NCBI RefSeq assembly: GCF_009914755.1
Contig: NC_060926.1
DNA from: the human T2T-CHM13v2.0 reference genome, Homo sapiens
Direction: 5' to 3' (one strand)
Length of the DNA stretch: 64,000 nt
Shown: positions 16,212 through 31,173 of the stretch, in pieces
Numbering within the stretch: the stretch's first letter is position 1
How the letters are laid out: every line of letters begins with the position of its first letter
Notes under the pieces: model-generated
What the model saw: only the letters and a program-made list of their open reading frames with translations
Database searches by the model: none
What the model was told of the DNA's origin: nothing
Program-made: the position numbers and the translations under genes

Positions 16212-17597
16212 CTAGGAGAAGGAGACATGGCATTAGAGGCTTTCCACAGTTAATAGCACACAAATGTGAAGACACAGGACAACTGTGCTGTGACTCAGAA
16301 CATCTGCATGAGTAAACTCTGAGCAAAGAGGTCTCCCATCATTACGACGCAGCCACTTACTGCCCTCATGCCTGGGGCGTCTGGAGCTCAGACACCCAGT
16401 GTGCCATGTAGGGGGCTCTGCTCCCAGGGCCCCTGGCTCCCAGCACTCTGGAGATATAGAGCGGAAGGTGGGGGAGTTCACTGTTCTGAAACACATGGAA
16501 TTGGTTTCCCCATGATAGTCAAGATAATTGCAGTAGTTTCCTGCACATCCCAGATAAGAGATTCGGGTGAGAATTCTATTTTTGACTCTCAACGGGACTA
16601 TTCTATCTGGGGTCCAGGGCTGGGGGTGGGGGTCACCAGGACCTGCAATAAGTCTGCCAGCACTTTAAAGTTGCATATAAAATTCAATGCTTTTGTTTGA
16701 ATGAGAGAGCATGAATGCACAAGCAAGCTAGAGAGAATGACAGAGAAAAATGTAGGTGTGTGTTTGTGTGTTTCTGGGTGTGTGTGTATGCATGTGTGTG
16801 TGTACGTGTGTATATGTGGTATGTCTGGGTGTGTGTGTGTGTGGTGGTGTGCCTTTTTCCTGGATGGTCCACATCTTTCATAAGATTCTGAAAAGAATCT
16901 GCAATGTCCCTACAATATCAAGTTCTCACAACAAAGGGCAGAAGTGGGTCTGGGAACAGGCATACCGACCCTTGGGTACAGGAAACCCTAAAGCTACGCG
17001 GCGGGGGTTGAGAAGAGCTCTCTTTATGGGTCACTACACCACACCACACTTCTCAGCTGGAAAATCACAAGCACTAGCATCCTCTCCAAGGGGCCTGGGG
17101 AAACTTCACCCAATTTCTAAACAGACCTAGCCTGTGAAGCAGAGACCCACTTTCTCCAACTAGCTTCCATCAGGAGGCCAGCTGGGAAGCCAGGTTACCC
17201 CTAGCTGGCTACAGACTGACTCATCCTAGCGCAAGTAGCCCCGATCTTCACTCGCAGCACATCTGCCTACACCAGAAAATGCTTTGCTTCAGTGCGTGCC
17301 AGGTCCACATACAACCTGGAAGGTAAAAAAGGGCTAAAATGCCCAAAACATCCTCTCACCCAACCACGTTGTGGGAAATGTGGTTCCCCCCAATCTGTGC
17401 ATGAGAATTACACAGTCCTCATTGCCGCTTAATTCTGTTAAATTTTCATTTTTTAATAGAAGTGGGTTTCCATAAAATATGTTTCTCATGCTAAGCTCTC
17501 ATACACTAACCACCCTCATTTGAGGGCTCAGGGTGAGGTTTATGGGCTTATGAAAAAACGTGCAAAACTTGATGAAAGTACATTTCAGGTTACTTAC
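16212..17597 (-). other. TMEM163: TMEM163 intron between the two exons (1386 bp, GT-AG, phase 0)
   Basis: Bounded by the gtaagt donor and cctag acceptor of the two exons. Contains a degenerate (TG)n tract at ~16755-16850. Confidence 0.93.
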
Positions 17598-17641
17598 TGC
17601 AAACCCAAAAGCAGAGGCGCTGTACCTCATAACGGAGACAG
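17598..17641 (-). CDS. TMEM163: TMEM163 internal coding exon (44 bp, probably exon 3)
   Basis: Minus strand reads tttctttctttttag|CTGTCTCCGTTATGAGGTACAGCGCCTCTGCTTTTGGGTTTGCA|gtaagta, with canonical AG/GT. It translates (T)VSVMRYSASAFGFA, matching the recalled TMEM163 protein, and joins the next exon in frame. Confidence 0.95.
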
Positions 17642-18203
17642 CTAAAAAGAAAGAAAATATTATTCAGAATATTTTAAAACCTCTCTCATTTTTGAGTATA
17701 TTAATACATTACATGGCCTTTTAAACATCAGTGGGGAAGTTCCAAGAGAACAAAACCAAAAATTAACTGTACTTGTAAAATCTAAGAATTTTTAAAAATG
17801 AAGAGTGAACTGAAAAGATTCCCAGACTCCACCTGCAACAACTTCCCCTCACAGTGTTCTGAAGCACCTGAGGGCCAATTTCCAAATAAAATTGCTTCAA
17901 CAGCTGTCAATCAAATGACTTCTGATACTTTGAGAATTTAGCAACTGGGAACTATATCAAACTTTCAAAGTAAAACTCCAACCACCCAAACTGTTCCCAT
18001 AATAAGGTGGTGTGGCTAAGTAAGGCATACACCATTGCTAAGATAGATGAAAAAAATCTGTGGGCACCAGAGTTTAAAATCCAATGTAGACACCAGTAAC
18101 AGTTGTTTAGAAAAGAGTGACAAATGATCTTAAACAACAGATGTCTACAAATAGAGATGTCTACAAATGTCAATGCCACAATTCTAATTACGACATATTT
18201 TGA

Positions 18204-18509
<306 letters not shown>

Positions 18510-19692
18510 TTGATCCATATTTTTAAATTGGAGGACGTCAATTGGGTAGCACTTTTTCCTAATTCTGTTTTGTGCTAAAGCAATGACAGCTTCAAAGACT
18601 TCTCAATTTGACATAACAAAGGCAGATCTCCAGAAGAAAGCCATATTTAACAAGCATACATGCACCTCCAACCATGACTAAAGCCCTACACTAAGAGTCA
18701 GCAAAGCTGGCAGTGGCTTGTTCCCAGGCCTACGTTCTGCAAGTGGTCAGTGGCGCAGTAGAAGCGTGGGTGGGAGGCACAGAGGCCAGTGCCTACATGG
18801 ACTTCCATCAGCTCATCACAATATCCCTTCTCTAGGACCTGCTCCTTGTCCTCTCCACAAGGTCCAGGGACAGTCCCCACACAACTGTGTTGTGCCTTGT
18901 GCCCTCCAGTTACAAGGAGGGCACCTGATCCACTGTGAACCAAACAGAGTTCATTTTCTGTGACTTAGGACTTGAGACAGAGAGAGTCTAGTTGGTCAAT
19001 CTATGTGGTTAGAACAGCAACTTGTAAATGCTGGAGTTGCCATCGGCCACCGTTTGCCATAAAGACTGAGGAGCAGGAAGGCAAGCATGGGAAAGCCACA
19101 GCGCTGGGGAGAGTGAACCACTGGTGTCCGAGCGTTTCCAGACCCTTCCTGAAACTCAGCCATATTCAGGTCCTCAAACTGTGTGAGGTGGAATACAACC
19201 CATTAAATCCCTAACCACCGTTGTTTTTGACATGAGCTGCTCCAGGAGTCCCTGCTGTTGCTCTTACTGGCACAGGGAGAAGGGCAGAGCCAGCTGTGCA
19301 TGGTGACCAGCTGGAGCTTTCATGGGACACACAGGTATGGTGCTGTAAAGGGGCACTGGCCCTTCCTGGAGAACATCAACTCACCAGCCATGCCAGCCAT
19401 GCTGACGTGTGCAAAAAAAGCAGCTGATCCCTGGCGGGACTGCTGCAAGCACCGAGGCGGCCTATAAAACACAGCTTGACTCACAGCACGTGCTCCATAA
19501 CTGTTAACTAAGCGTAACAAAATTTCACAGAAATAAGTCAAGGAGGATATCTTTTCTTTCCCTTTACAACCTGTTTTTAGAATATCTTAGCTGTGTGCTT
19601 TTTGTGGGTTTCTTCTTTATCAGCAGTGGAAACCTTTTAATTCCAACTAACATCTTGCACAGATGCTCCAGATCTACAACAGATAAAAGAAG

Positions 19693-19998
19693 AGCCAGGC
19701 ATGGTGGCTCACACCTGTAATCTCAGCACTTTGGGAGGCCAAGGTGGGGGGATCACGAGGTCAAGAGATCGAGACCATCCTGGCCAACATGAAGAAACCC
19801 CATCTCTACTAAAAATGCAAAAAGAATAAGCCGGGCGTGGTGGCGTGTGCCTGTAGTCCCAGCTGCTCGGCAGGCTGAGGCAGGAGAATCACTTGAACCC
19901 GGGAGGCAGAGGTTGCGGTGAACCGAGATCACGCCACTGCCCCAGCTTGGTGACAGAGCGAGACCCCATCTCAAAAAAAAAAAAAAAAAAAAAAAAAA
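19693..19998 (+). mobile_element. AluSc-like
   Basis: ggatcacgaggtcaagagatcgagaccatcctggccaacatg; long A tail. Confidence 0.93.
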
Positions 19999-21339
19999 GA
20001 GAGAGAGAGAAATGCTGCCACCGGGCTCCCAGTCTGTCTCCACCTGTGCTCCTAGGGCTGAGCACCATGGAAAAGGCACAGCTAGAAAAATCACTTCCCC
20101 CGACTCGCTATGGCAGAAGAGCACCTGCCTCACCAGCAGTGAACCATGGCTTCAAAACAGATTTCAAGTAGACATTCACTTGATTATATTGAGAAAGACA
20201 AGGAACCTTGTCTCAGGAATCTGGACTCAAACAAAGGAGATGGCCACTAAATGGTGGGTGGGGTGTCCCCGACTCAATTGGAGTGTTGTGTCCATGATTT
20301 CCAATACCCTCAAAATTATGCAGGAACGATCCGCTTGTGAGAATAAAACCTTCCCAGAGAATGGATGACCTAGAGCACAAGTGGAATATTAGTATTCTCT
20401 ATCCCACCTGCACCAAGGAAAATATGAGCGAGATGGCTCCAAGTTAACCCAGAGTCCTTCACAGAGATGTATCATTTACTTATAAATTGGCTCCGTCTAA
20501 TTTCCTTGATGAGATGGAAAGGGAGAAATGCCAAAAATTGCATGGGGAATTGAGACTACTCTGAAGGGCCCTCCACACAGCCTTAGCTCTGACAGCTTCC
20601 TTTTGTGGCCAACTCCCCAACTCTTGCTACTAAATAACAGCAAATAGTCATTAGCACAGGATCTGAATGAAAGAGTTCAGATGGCCTTTCAGGAATTTCT
20701 GAAGAGTGTCAAGTAGTAACTTCATTTTATTTGTCTCATAACTCACCATGACACATCCCAATTTTGAGAAAAGAACAAACTCAATGGAAGGGTCAGAATG
20801 GTTTACACAGCACCCCACCCCCCAACTTCCATGGGGTTTTCACCAGGACGTTTCCAACTTCCCTCATGCTAAGAATGAGGTTGGCTTGGAGAACAGCAGG
20901 CCTGAGCCAGGATGATTATAAGGGAGAGATTACATGGTAGAGGCACCTGGAGCTCCATGCACATGTGGCTGAGTGTAGTGGAAAGCCACCACAGGGCCAA
21001 CAAAGGCCTCAATGCCTTCAAGACAGCTGCTTATTAAACAGTGGACAAGAAACAAGGGCCGTTCTGAACTCGGACAATTATGTTGCAAACTGGCAACACA
21101 TCCACAAAGAGACGGGCGACCAGGCAGCCGTGGGGCGGAGCTCTCCTATGAAGGCTGCTCTTGGCCCCATGTGGTCAGAGTAGAAACACATTGCTATCTG
21201 ATTAGGCAGCAGTTACACATCCAAAAAAATGCATGCTTAGGATGCAGCTGAGCTCCTATCTCTTTCTCTGCTGGCTTTTATTATTAATTTATTTTAAGAC
21301 ACAGAGTCCCTAAAATGTTCATAGGTAAAATGAAGATGT

Positions 21340-21866
21340 GTCATTTGGGGCCAGCCCAGCATGCAGTCCCCATCCCATAAGAGCATCCTGATTCTCCTCT
21401 GGGAATGGCACCTGCCCTACCCTCAAGACTATGTGATTTGGGTGGGATGACACTATTCCCATGCTAGTATATCCCATTAACTTGTCCCATGTCCAGAGTT
21501 AATGATTCAAAAATGGCACAATTCAATTTGAGCCAATGAGAACCTGTGCCAAGTTTTTTGCTGAAAATATTGGAACGGGGATGTCTTTCTTAGAGGGGAT
21601 TTTAGAGATAGGAGGCTGAATACAGGAGCTACAGGTAGTGATTTGAACATAAGTGGGAGGAGACTGCCTGAGAATGAAGCCAACACAAGAAGAAAGTAGA
21701 TATTAAACACAGATCAGACTCCCGAAGACAGACTGAACCTCTTAAATCAGTCCTGCCTGATCTATCCCTCTACTCCTCAAATACATTAGCCAATAATTTC
21801 CTTTGATTTGCTTAAGCCAGTGTGAGTTGAGTTTCTATCACTTCCAGCCACATGAGTCTTAATACA
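21340..21866 (+). mobile_element. Ancient ERVL-MaLR LTR (MLT1J/K-like)
   Basis: gcctgagaatgaagccaacac...tttgcttaagccagtgtgagttgagtttctatcact...taataca. Confidence 0.65.
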
Positions 21867-21966
21867 AGGTATGTTGACCCAGTAATCCCATGCCCAAGAT
21901 TTTAATGCGTAAGAAATGGAAAAACACTTTAAGTACAAAAGGTTCATAATAGGTTCATGTGATTTA

Positions 21967-22374
<408 letters not shown>

Positions 22375-22890
22375 TATTTTTTAGAAAAATTAATACTGTT
22401 TAATGTTTCTATTAGCATATTAGAAAGAACAATGGCATTGATAATAAACAGATAGGTTGTATGTTGGGTTCTGCATTGGGTGCCACAGGAAAGGATGGGT
22501 CTGGAACAGGGGGAGTTCTAGCCAGCACAGGTGCAAACTGAATGGGAAGATCAGAAGAGGCTTCATTGAGAAGGGGACATTTAAGCAAAGACTTAAGGAG
22601 ATGGGGGAGTAAACCATGCTGTTACCTGGGGAAGGACCTTCCAGAGAAGAAGAGTCAGTAAAACGCTCTGAGGTGGAACACTTGGCATGTCTGAGGCCAT
22701 TCTGGCTAAAGCCAAAGGAAGCAGGAGGAGAGTTACGAGAGATAATTCGGGCAAGACACAAGATGAAGCATGTGCTACAACTAGCTTTACAGGCTGCATT
22801 GAAAACAACCAGAAAAAAATTCCCTCAAATGCTAACAGTGGTTAATCTTTGAAGGGTGGGAATATTTGAGTGGGTTTCTTTCCTTTCTAC

Positions 22891-23505
22891 TGTGAACCCA
22901 AAAGTATCTGAGACAGAGATCAATCAATTTAGAAAGTGTATTTTACCAATGTTAAAGACATGCCCATGACACAGCCTCAGGAGGTCCTGACCGCATGTGC
23001 CCAAAGTGGTCCAGGCACAGCTTGGTTTTATACATTTTAGGGAGACATGAGGCATCTATCAATATGTGTAAGATATATATTCGTTCTGTTCGGAAAGCAG
23101 GACAACTCAAGGTGGGGAGGGGGCTTCCAGGTCACAGGTAGGTAACAGACAAATGGTTGTATTTTTTAAAGTCTTTGATTAGCCTTTCACAGAATACACA
23201 ATTTCTGTGTGAGCGGAGGGTAGAGGAACAGTCACTTACACCTTTGCCCAGCTTGGTGAAACAACAGGGCAGAGGAAGCAATTGGATATACATCTGTCTC
23301 AGGTGAACAGAGAGAGGACTCAAAGTCTGTCTTTTGTGCACAAAGAATTTCTTTGTGGGCAAATTGTGAGGGAGGTATGTAGCTTCTCAATCTTTGTAGC
23401 TATCTTATTTAGGAATAAAATGTGAGGCAGGTTTGCCAGACTGTCCCCAGCTTGACTTTTCCCTTTAGATTAGGGATTTGGGGGTCCTGAGATTTATTTT
23501 CTACA
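22891..23505 (-). mobile_element. MER4A-like ERV1 solo LTR
   Basis: tgtgaacccaaaagtatctgagacag...cagcctcaggaggtcctgac...ggggtcctgagatttatttt. Confidence 0.85.
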
Positions 23506-26500
23506 TTTTCTACAACCACCATATCATTTAAACCAGAAAAAGAAATCTATGTGGGGAAAAAGATATCCAACTCACAAAAATATCAACAAAGGTCTAAAAT
23601 GGAGTCAAGAGAAACCAGATCTGTGATACATATCTGGGACTAGGCTGCACTGTGAGTTCACAAATGCTCTAACAGGGCGGCATATGACTATATGTGTCTT
23701 TATTACATCTAAGTTTCTGAATCCATCTTTCTAGGTCAAATCACCTACATCAGTGGTTTGTTAATGGCCCAAAAAGTTCATGGAAGTACAGTGGTGGACC
23801 AAGAAAGCCAGCAAGTGGAGCACGAGCAGAATGTCACTTGCAGTCTGAGGGACCTCCTGCCTCCCAGGATGCTGCGTGTCACACACACTACTTTCATTTA
23901 CGTGTCAAAGGGGTAATAACAGCTACTCTCCCAGAAGCACACACACAACAGAAGTCTAAAATAAATATTTATACAAGTCTGGTTAAAAGACCAGACCTTC
24001 TTTAACTAAGTCACACACCAGGCCAGAAAGCATATCAGCTGGAAATTCAAATTCAAATAGAAAGACAGCTGGAAAATGGACAGGACCCAGGCAACCCATT
24101 GTTAGGGCAAAGCTAAATCGTGCAGCTGAATCAGCAGCAGGCTTTGAGGGAGGGTTCTGGACAGTAGAGACAAAATACCTTGGAAATGCACAAAGAGGTA
24201 AGGATGCCAGCAAGGCAACAGAGGATCAGTGCAGACAGCCCCTCCACAACCTTAAACAAAGAATGCCATTTCAATCGCTGGCAGGATTTGCAGCAAAAAT
24301 GAGGACCCATCTGTCATTCTCTCCAAAGTCATGCAACAATTATCTTGAGCCTTAGCACTCTTCAGCAATGCCCCCAGGCCCCGTAACACCTCCAAGTTGC
24401 AAAATTATGTGACTGTAAGTTTCGTTAATAAATCAATCCTACTTTAATTGGACAGCCTCTATTACACAGGGGCCTGGCAACAACCTCACCTCCAGCCATG
24501 TAATTAACTCAAATGGAGAACCATCTTTCCATCATCCACAATACATACACACATACATAAATTTGGACCCCTCTTAGTTCCACCTCCTCTGCTGCCTAAC
24601 AAGAAAACATAATAATGAAAACACCAATCTGGATCTTTGGATTCTCTCAAAACACTGAAATCTGCCCACCCTTGGCTGTCCCTTTCTCCCAGTGGTGCCA
24701 ATGCTACGTTCAGATGAGGCATGTGCTCTGGGGTACACACCTCTCCTGCAACATCACAGCCAGCCTGCCTCACTCACCTCTTCCACCTGCCTGGCCCCTG
24801 TGGCATCTAGTTGGCCCCGTAAGGCTTGAGTATTGGACCTCACATGTAGGGCATGAGCAACCTGCTATGTCCAGCAATGTCCAGCAAAGTGCCTGCTAAA
24901 TATTCATTTTGCTGTATGGACTGTGGTTCCCAATGTTTTCTACTGGAAGGTCTGGCTCTCAGCAAATTACAAAAAGCTGTACCATGGCCAGGTTCTCAAA
25001 GCCAAAACCATTATTTGAGAGCTCTTTGACTTCTACAGACAACCCTGAGAACCATTATTAGCCTTAGGTAGGCCATGGGCACTGGCCTGCCACCCTCCGG
25101 GGCTCTGCCTGTCTGGAGAGCAAGTGTTTGTTAGGAAAGCAAGTGTTTGTCTCAGGCAAACCCTTGCCAAGACCTCAGGGATGATCATGGGTCTCTCTCA
25201 CATGACGAATGGGTGGCTACATACAAAAAGGGACTATACAACCCCGCCCCTAATCCCACACCCACAATAACCTATAAAACCCACAAAAATGGGCTTGAAG
25301 AGGTTAGAAAATATTGCCCTCGAGCTGCTGCTATGGGGGTAGGGAGTGCCTTTTGCTAGTGTTCTGGGCCACTTTGCAATGAAAGGTCACTTGCACTCCA
25401 ATTTCTAACAGGAAGCAGCGACTGTCATTCATCCCTCCATGCCCCTGGTACTTGTACACATTGGCCTCCCTGGAAAGGCCATGGTCCTTAGGATGGAGGA
25501 AGCCTCTGTTCTCTGATCTCCTCTTCTGCGGCCCACACCTGCTCACTGCACTCCAGCCACATGGGGCTCCTCGCTGACCTCCCCACAGCCAGGCCACGGC
25601 TCTTCATTCTGCCAGAAACAAGCTTACTCCAGGGATCAGCCTGGCCTGCTCCCTCCCCTCCTTCAGGTTAGGGCTGTCCTGGCCACCGCATTTAACGATG
25701 AAACCTGCCCTCGTTCCCAATCTGAGCTCTCTGTCACCCACCTCTAAATTTTCTTTATCTGAAGTACATCTCATCTACCACATTATCTTATGTACTTATG
25801 TAGGTTTCATCTGCCCCACCCTACTCCCACCTATTAGAATATATACACCACAAAGGCAAAAGCTTTGAATGTTTGTTCCCTGATGTATCCCGAATGCCAA
25901 GATCAGTGCCTAAACACATAGAACATGGAAAACTTTCAGATGGATTCATTAACACCTTCCCCTTAGCTCCAGCATGCAGCAAACAGAGCCTTCAGGGAGA
26001 AGGCAGACAGGACCAAGGGCTCAAAACACCGGGAGGCCCAGCCGTGCTACCCAGAAGCCCTTCCCTGAGCAAATGAAGCCGCAGCTGGCACTTTCTGGGG
26101 CACAATGGAGAAACCAGCCTCTAAATGGACCACTGCTTTAGGGACAGCTTGAAGCATTTGCAAATGGCAAAGATCTAGGATTAAGGAAAGAGTAAGGATA
26201 GCCCCGGACCCAGAAAGCCAAGAGCCAACACAGAATAGTATAACAGGAAAAAAATCCAAATAAAAACAACCCAAGGAAAGTCTCTAGCATGGACCAGGGC
26301 ACCCTTGTTCCTGCTACCACACACCACCAGACTAGCTCTGTTTCAGTTTGCGTAACATGAAATGCACATGACCCCCGTTCCAAAGCAGGGATCGGCATTC
26401 CTGGGACATGGGCAGGATGCCTGCCACTCAACAGGGAGAGACCTGGGTTTCAAGAAGCTCTCAGAGGTCTCACACACAGGAGTCACCAGCTCAGAGACAA

Positions 26501-26745
26501 AAAGACAAAGACCCCAGCTTTTAATGACAAAACTTCCTCAACACCACAGCACACTTTCACTGTGCTGCTTCTTCAGTCTGGGAATAAGCAGGAGGAACAT
26601 CCCCTGAAGGCACAGTTAACCAACTTTTATGAGCATTTATGGGCCGTCTCCGCCGTCTCCGATGGCGTATACAGCCCCTCAACTTGTTAGCACATTTGCT
26701 ACACAGACCTCACACGCCAGAGCTAAAAGTAGCAGCAAAGTTCTT

Positions 26746-27164
26746 TTATTATTATTATTTTTGTTGTTGTTGAGACGGAGTCTCGCTCTGTCGCCCAGGC
26801 TGGAGCGCAGTGACGCCATCTTGGCTCACTGCAAGCTCCGCCTTCTGGGTTCACGCCATTCTCCAGCCTCAGCCTCCCGAGTAGCTGGGACTACAGGCAC
26901 CCACCACCACACCCGGCTAATTTTTTTGTATTTTTTTTTAGTGGAGACAGGGTTTCACCGTGTTAGCCAGAATGGTCTCGATCTACTGACCTCGTGATCC
27001 GAGGTCCAGCCTCAGCCTCCCGAGTAGCTGGGACTACAGGCACCCACCACCACGCCCGGCTAATTTTTTTTGTATTTTTTAGTGGAGACAGGGTTTCACC
27101 GTGTTAGCCAGGATGGTCTCGATCTCCTGACCTCGCGATCCGCCTGACTTGGCCTCCCAAAGTG
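26746..27164 (-). mobile_element. 5'-truncated AluY with an internal ~140-bp tandem duplication
   Basis: gcaagctccgcc and tcacgccattctc Y diagnostics; TSD agcagcaa(a/g)gttctt at 26731-26745 and 27165-27179. Confidence 0.93.
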
Positions 27165-29322
27165 AGCAGCAAGGTTCTTGCTGAATGTCACTCACACTTT
27201 CCTAACACTTGCTCTTACACCTCCTTGTGCCAGGGTTGCCCACAATGCCAGCAGAGCTATCAAGTAAGCCTGTGGGAGGCAGGCCTGGTCAGGTGTCCTC
27301 AGACCACACTCAATTCATGTCCTGCAACCCACACTGCCAGACTAACATGAGTAGCCACGCTCAACTAATCAGTCTTTCATTCAACCAACAAGTGCTTACT
27401 GAGCACCTACTATGTGTCCCACACTATTCTGCTGAGCTGGGGATACAGCAGTTGCTTGCCCAACAATTTGATAAAACATACATTTTAAAGCCTTATGTTT
27501 CCCTTAATCATAGAATGCAGCTCCTTTAGCCCAGTAAGTAAAGCATTCATTAGATAAACAGAGATGGGGATAAAATTTATAGAACAGAACTTTCGCATTT
27601 TATCTTCTCTTGTCTTCTATGTTAAATACCTGTGAGGTTGCTGGGAGTTTGAAGCTTGTTTCTAGGTAAACTCATTTTCAGTCCATTCTTTTTACTTTGG
27701 CTTGGTGTCTTTTTGGGCCCCAAAGCTCCCTGCCCCTAGCTGCCTTTCTTTTATAAAACACAGAAATGCTCCTTGCCTTCTCCCAAGCAGCACACAAAAG
27801 CGTGAAGTCAAGGGTTGTATCATATTTGTCTCTATCCTCAGGGTCTGTGTGCTCAAGCACAAGTGCATTGTCAGTGCTCAAAAAATCCTTGTTAAACTGA
27901 ACAAGACTGGAAGAATCTCTAACCCCCAATTATAATTTCTGGCTTTTATTTAATGTGTGACAGTCAATTCAGACCAGAACCAAAAGCTAACACTACGGGC
28001 AAGAAGAGCTAGCAAAGGCATGGATATTGTCACCCAAGGTCATCCTTGCCAGGCCACTGAGATGGCCCTTGGTCTGCACTGCTGATTCCAAACACATTGA
28101 ACCTCTTTGGTTTGAAAAGTCGCTTAAGAAACATTTTAAAGAACAGAACATACTATGAAGAAGAAAAATACACTGAATAAGGGTCCAGAGATTTGGCTTA
28201 AAGAAACTATGCTGAACAAACACCAACTCATTTGATCTGAATCAAAGTCATTTGAAGATTAACGTGATCACTCAAAGAATACAAGTTAAACATGGTGGAA
28301 TACAGCCCTTTTGTCCTCTCTCCTCACCACCCTGCTCCATAAAACCCAAAGCAACAAGAAACATGAAAAAACTAGAAAAAGAATAAAATGATCAAAGATC
28401 CAGAAAATGGCCAACCCCCAATAACCTAAGTTATAAAGGGAATCTACAAAATACATTAAAATTTAGACCATGCTAGGAGAAGATGCTGACAGCTGATAAT
28501 ATGTCTCAATCAAATCTTGGGCAGAGCTTAGACTTTTCCACAATTAGATGGCACAGTCATCAGTAATCCAAACGATTGTCCCTTATATGCAATGGCAAGC
28601 TTGGAGCTGAGCTCCAGCATCCACCCCTGGACCCTTTCCTGATATTCTACACACTAGAGAGCAAAGGCATGAACCAAAGGAGTGCGTGCTCAGACAGACA
28701 CCGATACAAGAATCAGACACCACCATTCCATCAACGAGAGGAGCCAAGGCTCCACTGCCAGCCAGGCAGTCTTCTCTTATATTCAAGGCAGGAAGATGTT
28801 CCCCAAGGTAGATCACTGAGATCAGGTGCCCCGAGAATAAGTACTCAAATTAAAGCTGCCTGCTGCTCCCTGCATGCCTGGTTCTCCACAAAGTCACAAT
28901 TATTAGAGCAGTGAGGCACTGGCAAACTGGCAGACAGAATAGGGGAACTAGAAAGAATTAAGAAGTGAATTCAGCAAGGCCACCACACATTAAGTGAATA
29001 CACAAATTCCAGTTATTTCTATATTAGCCACAAACGAAGGAAATGTAATTTTTAAAAGGCTCTATTCAAAACAACAAAATTATCAAATACCTAGGAAAAA
29101 ACTAATGAAACTAAAAAAATATGCAAGACTTCTACCTAGAAAAGCAATGAAATATTTTAGGAGAAATTAAAGACAACTATTAAATATATGAAGAAACATA
29201 CCATGTTTGTGGACTGGAAGCCTCACTGTGGCCAATTAAAATCCTAGCAGGTGGTGACAGAATTGATAAGATGAAGCCAGAGTTCATGTGGAAAGTGAAA
29301 AGAATCAGGAATAGCCAAGACA

Positions 29323-29632
29323 GGCCAGGCACGGTGGCTCACACCTGTAATCCCAGCACTTTGGGAGGCCAAGGCAGGTGGATCACCTAAGGTCAGGAGT
29401 TCGAGACCAACCTGACAACATGGAGAAACCCTGTATCTACTAAAAATACAAAAACCTTAGGCGTGGTGGTGGGTGTCTGTAGTCCCAGCTACTCGGGAGG
29501 CTGAGGCAGGAGAATCTCTTGAACCCGGAGGCGGAGGTTGCAGTGAGCCGAGATCATGCCACTACACTCCAGCCTGGGTGACAGAGCGAGACTCCACTGC
29601 GGCAGCAGTGGCGGTGGCAGGGTGGGCAGGGA
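29323..29632 (+). mobile_element. AluS lacking an A tail (G-rich tract in its place)
   Basis: Perfect 14-bp TSD gaatagccaagaca (29309-29322, 29633-29646). Confidence 0.93.
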
Positions 29633-30505
29633 GAATAGCCAAGACAACCGTTAACAACCACAACCAAAAAAACCTGGAAGACAGTCACTACCAGATACGA
29701 AGATTTCAAAGCTACAGTAAATAAAATGATATTAGCACAAGGATAAACAAAGAGACCACAGAACAAAAGAAGACCCACACAGATATGGTTACTTGATTTA
29801 TATATTTCAAAAGTACCCCTAAAATACACGGGGGAAAGAAAGTTCTTTTCAATAAATGGTACTGGGCCAGTTGGACATCCATATGAAATGACTGAATTAT
29901 GACCCTACCTTACTCCATATAGAGAAAACTGTCGATGAGCTGTAGATATAAAAGTGTAAGGTTAACATAGGAGAGGTCTGAAATAGAATATTGGCATGGA
30001 GTTTCATAATCTTGGGGAAAGGTAAAGATTTTTTAAACTAGACATAAATGCATTCATCATAAGGGAAAGGACTCGTAAACTGAACTACATTAAAGACCTC
30101 CTTCAAAGAGCAAAACAGCAAGCCATCGAGTTTATTGAGAAGATATTTATAAAACATAACTACCAGGGGACTTATATCCAGAACATATAGACTTATAAAT
30201 CACTAAGAAAGAGAAATCAACCCAATAGGAAAATGGGTGAAAGACTTAACAAGCTTCATGAAAGATGATACACAAATGACCAATAAACATATGAAAATAT
30301 ACTCTACTTATTGGTAACCAGGGACAATAAAACTAAAACCACAGATGCCACTACATACTCAAAGTGTGACTAAAAAGTAAAAAAGCTGACAGTTTCAAAC
30401 GTTAGTAAGGATGCAATACAACTGAACTCTTGAACTGCTGGTGGAAGTGTAAAACAGTACAAATACTTTTAAAAACTGGCTGCCCGTCTCTATAAAAGCT
30501 GATCA

Positions 30506-30807
30506 GGTCAGGTGCGGTGGTTCATGTCTGTAATCCTAGCACTTTGGGAGGCTGAGGCAGGCAGATCACATGAGGCCAGGAGTTTGAGACCAGCCTGGGC
30601 AACATAGTGAAACCTGATCTCTACTAAAAGTACAAAAATTAGCCAGGTGTGGTAGCGCGTGCCTGTAATCCCAGCTAGTCAGGTGGCTGAGGCACACGAA
30701 TCGATTGAACCCAGGAGGCAGAGGTTGTAGTGATCTGAGATCACAACACTGCACTCCAGCCTGGGTGACAGAGCAAGACTGTCTCAAAAACAAAAACAAA
30801 AACAAAA
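30506..30807 (+). mobile_element. Alu (S/J)
   Basis: Full dimer with (CAAAAA)n tail. Confidence 0.93.
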
Positions 30808-30872
30808 GTGATCTTACTCCATGACCCAGCTATTCCATCCCTAGATATATACTCAATGGAAATACATACTTA

Positions 30873-31173
<301 letters not shown>

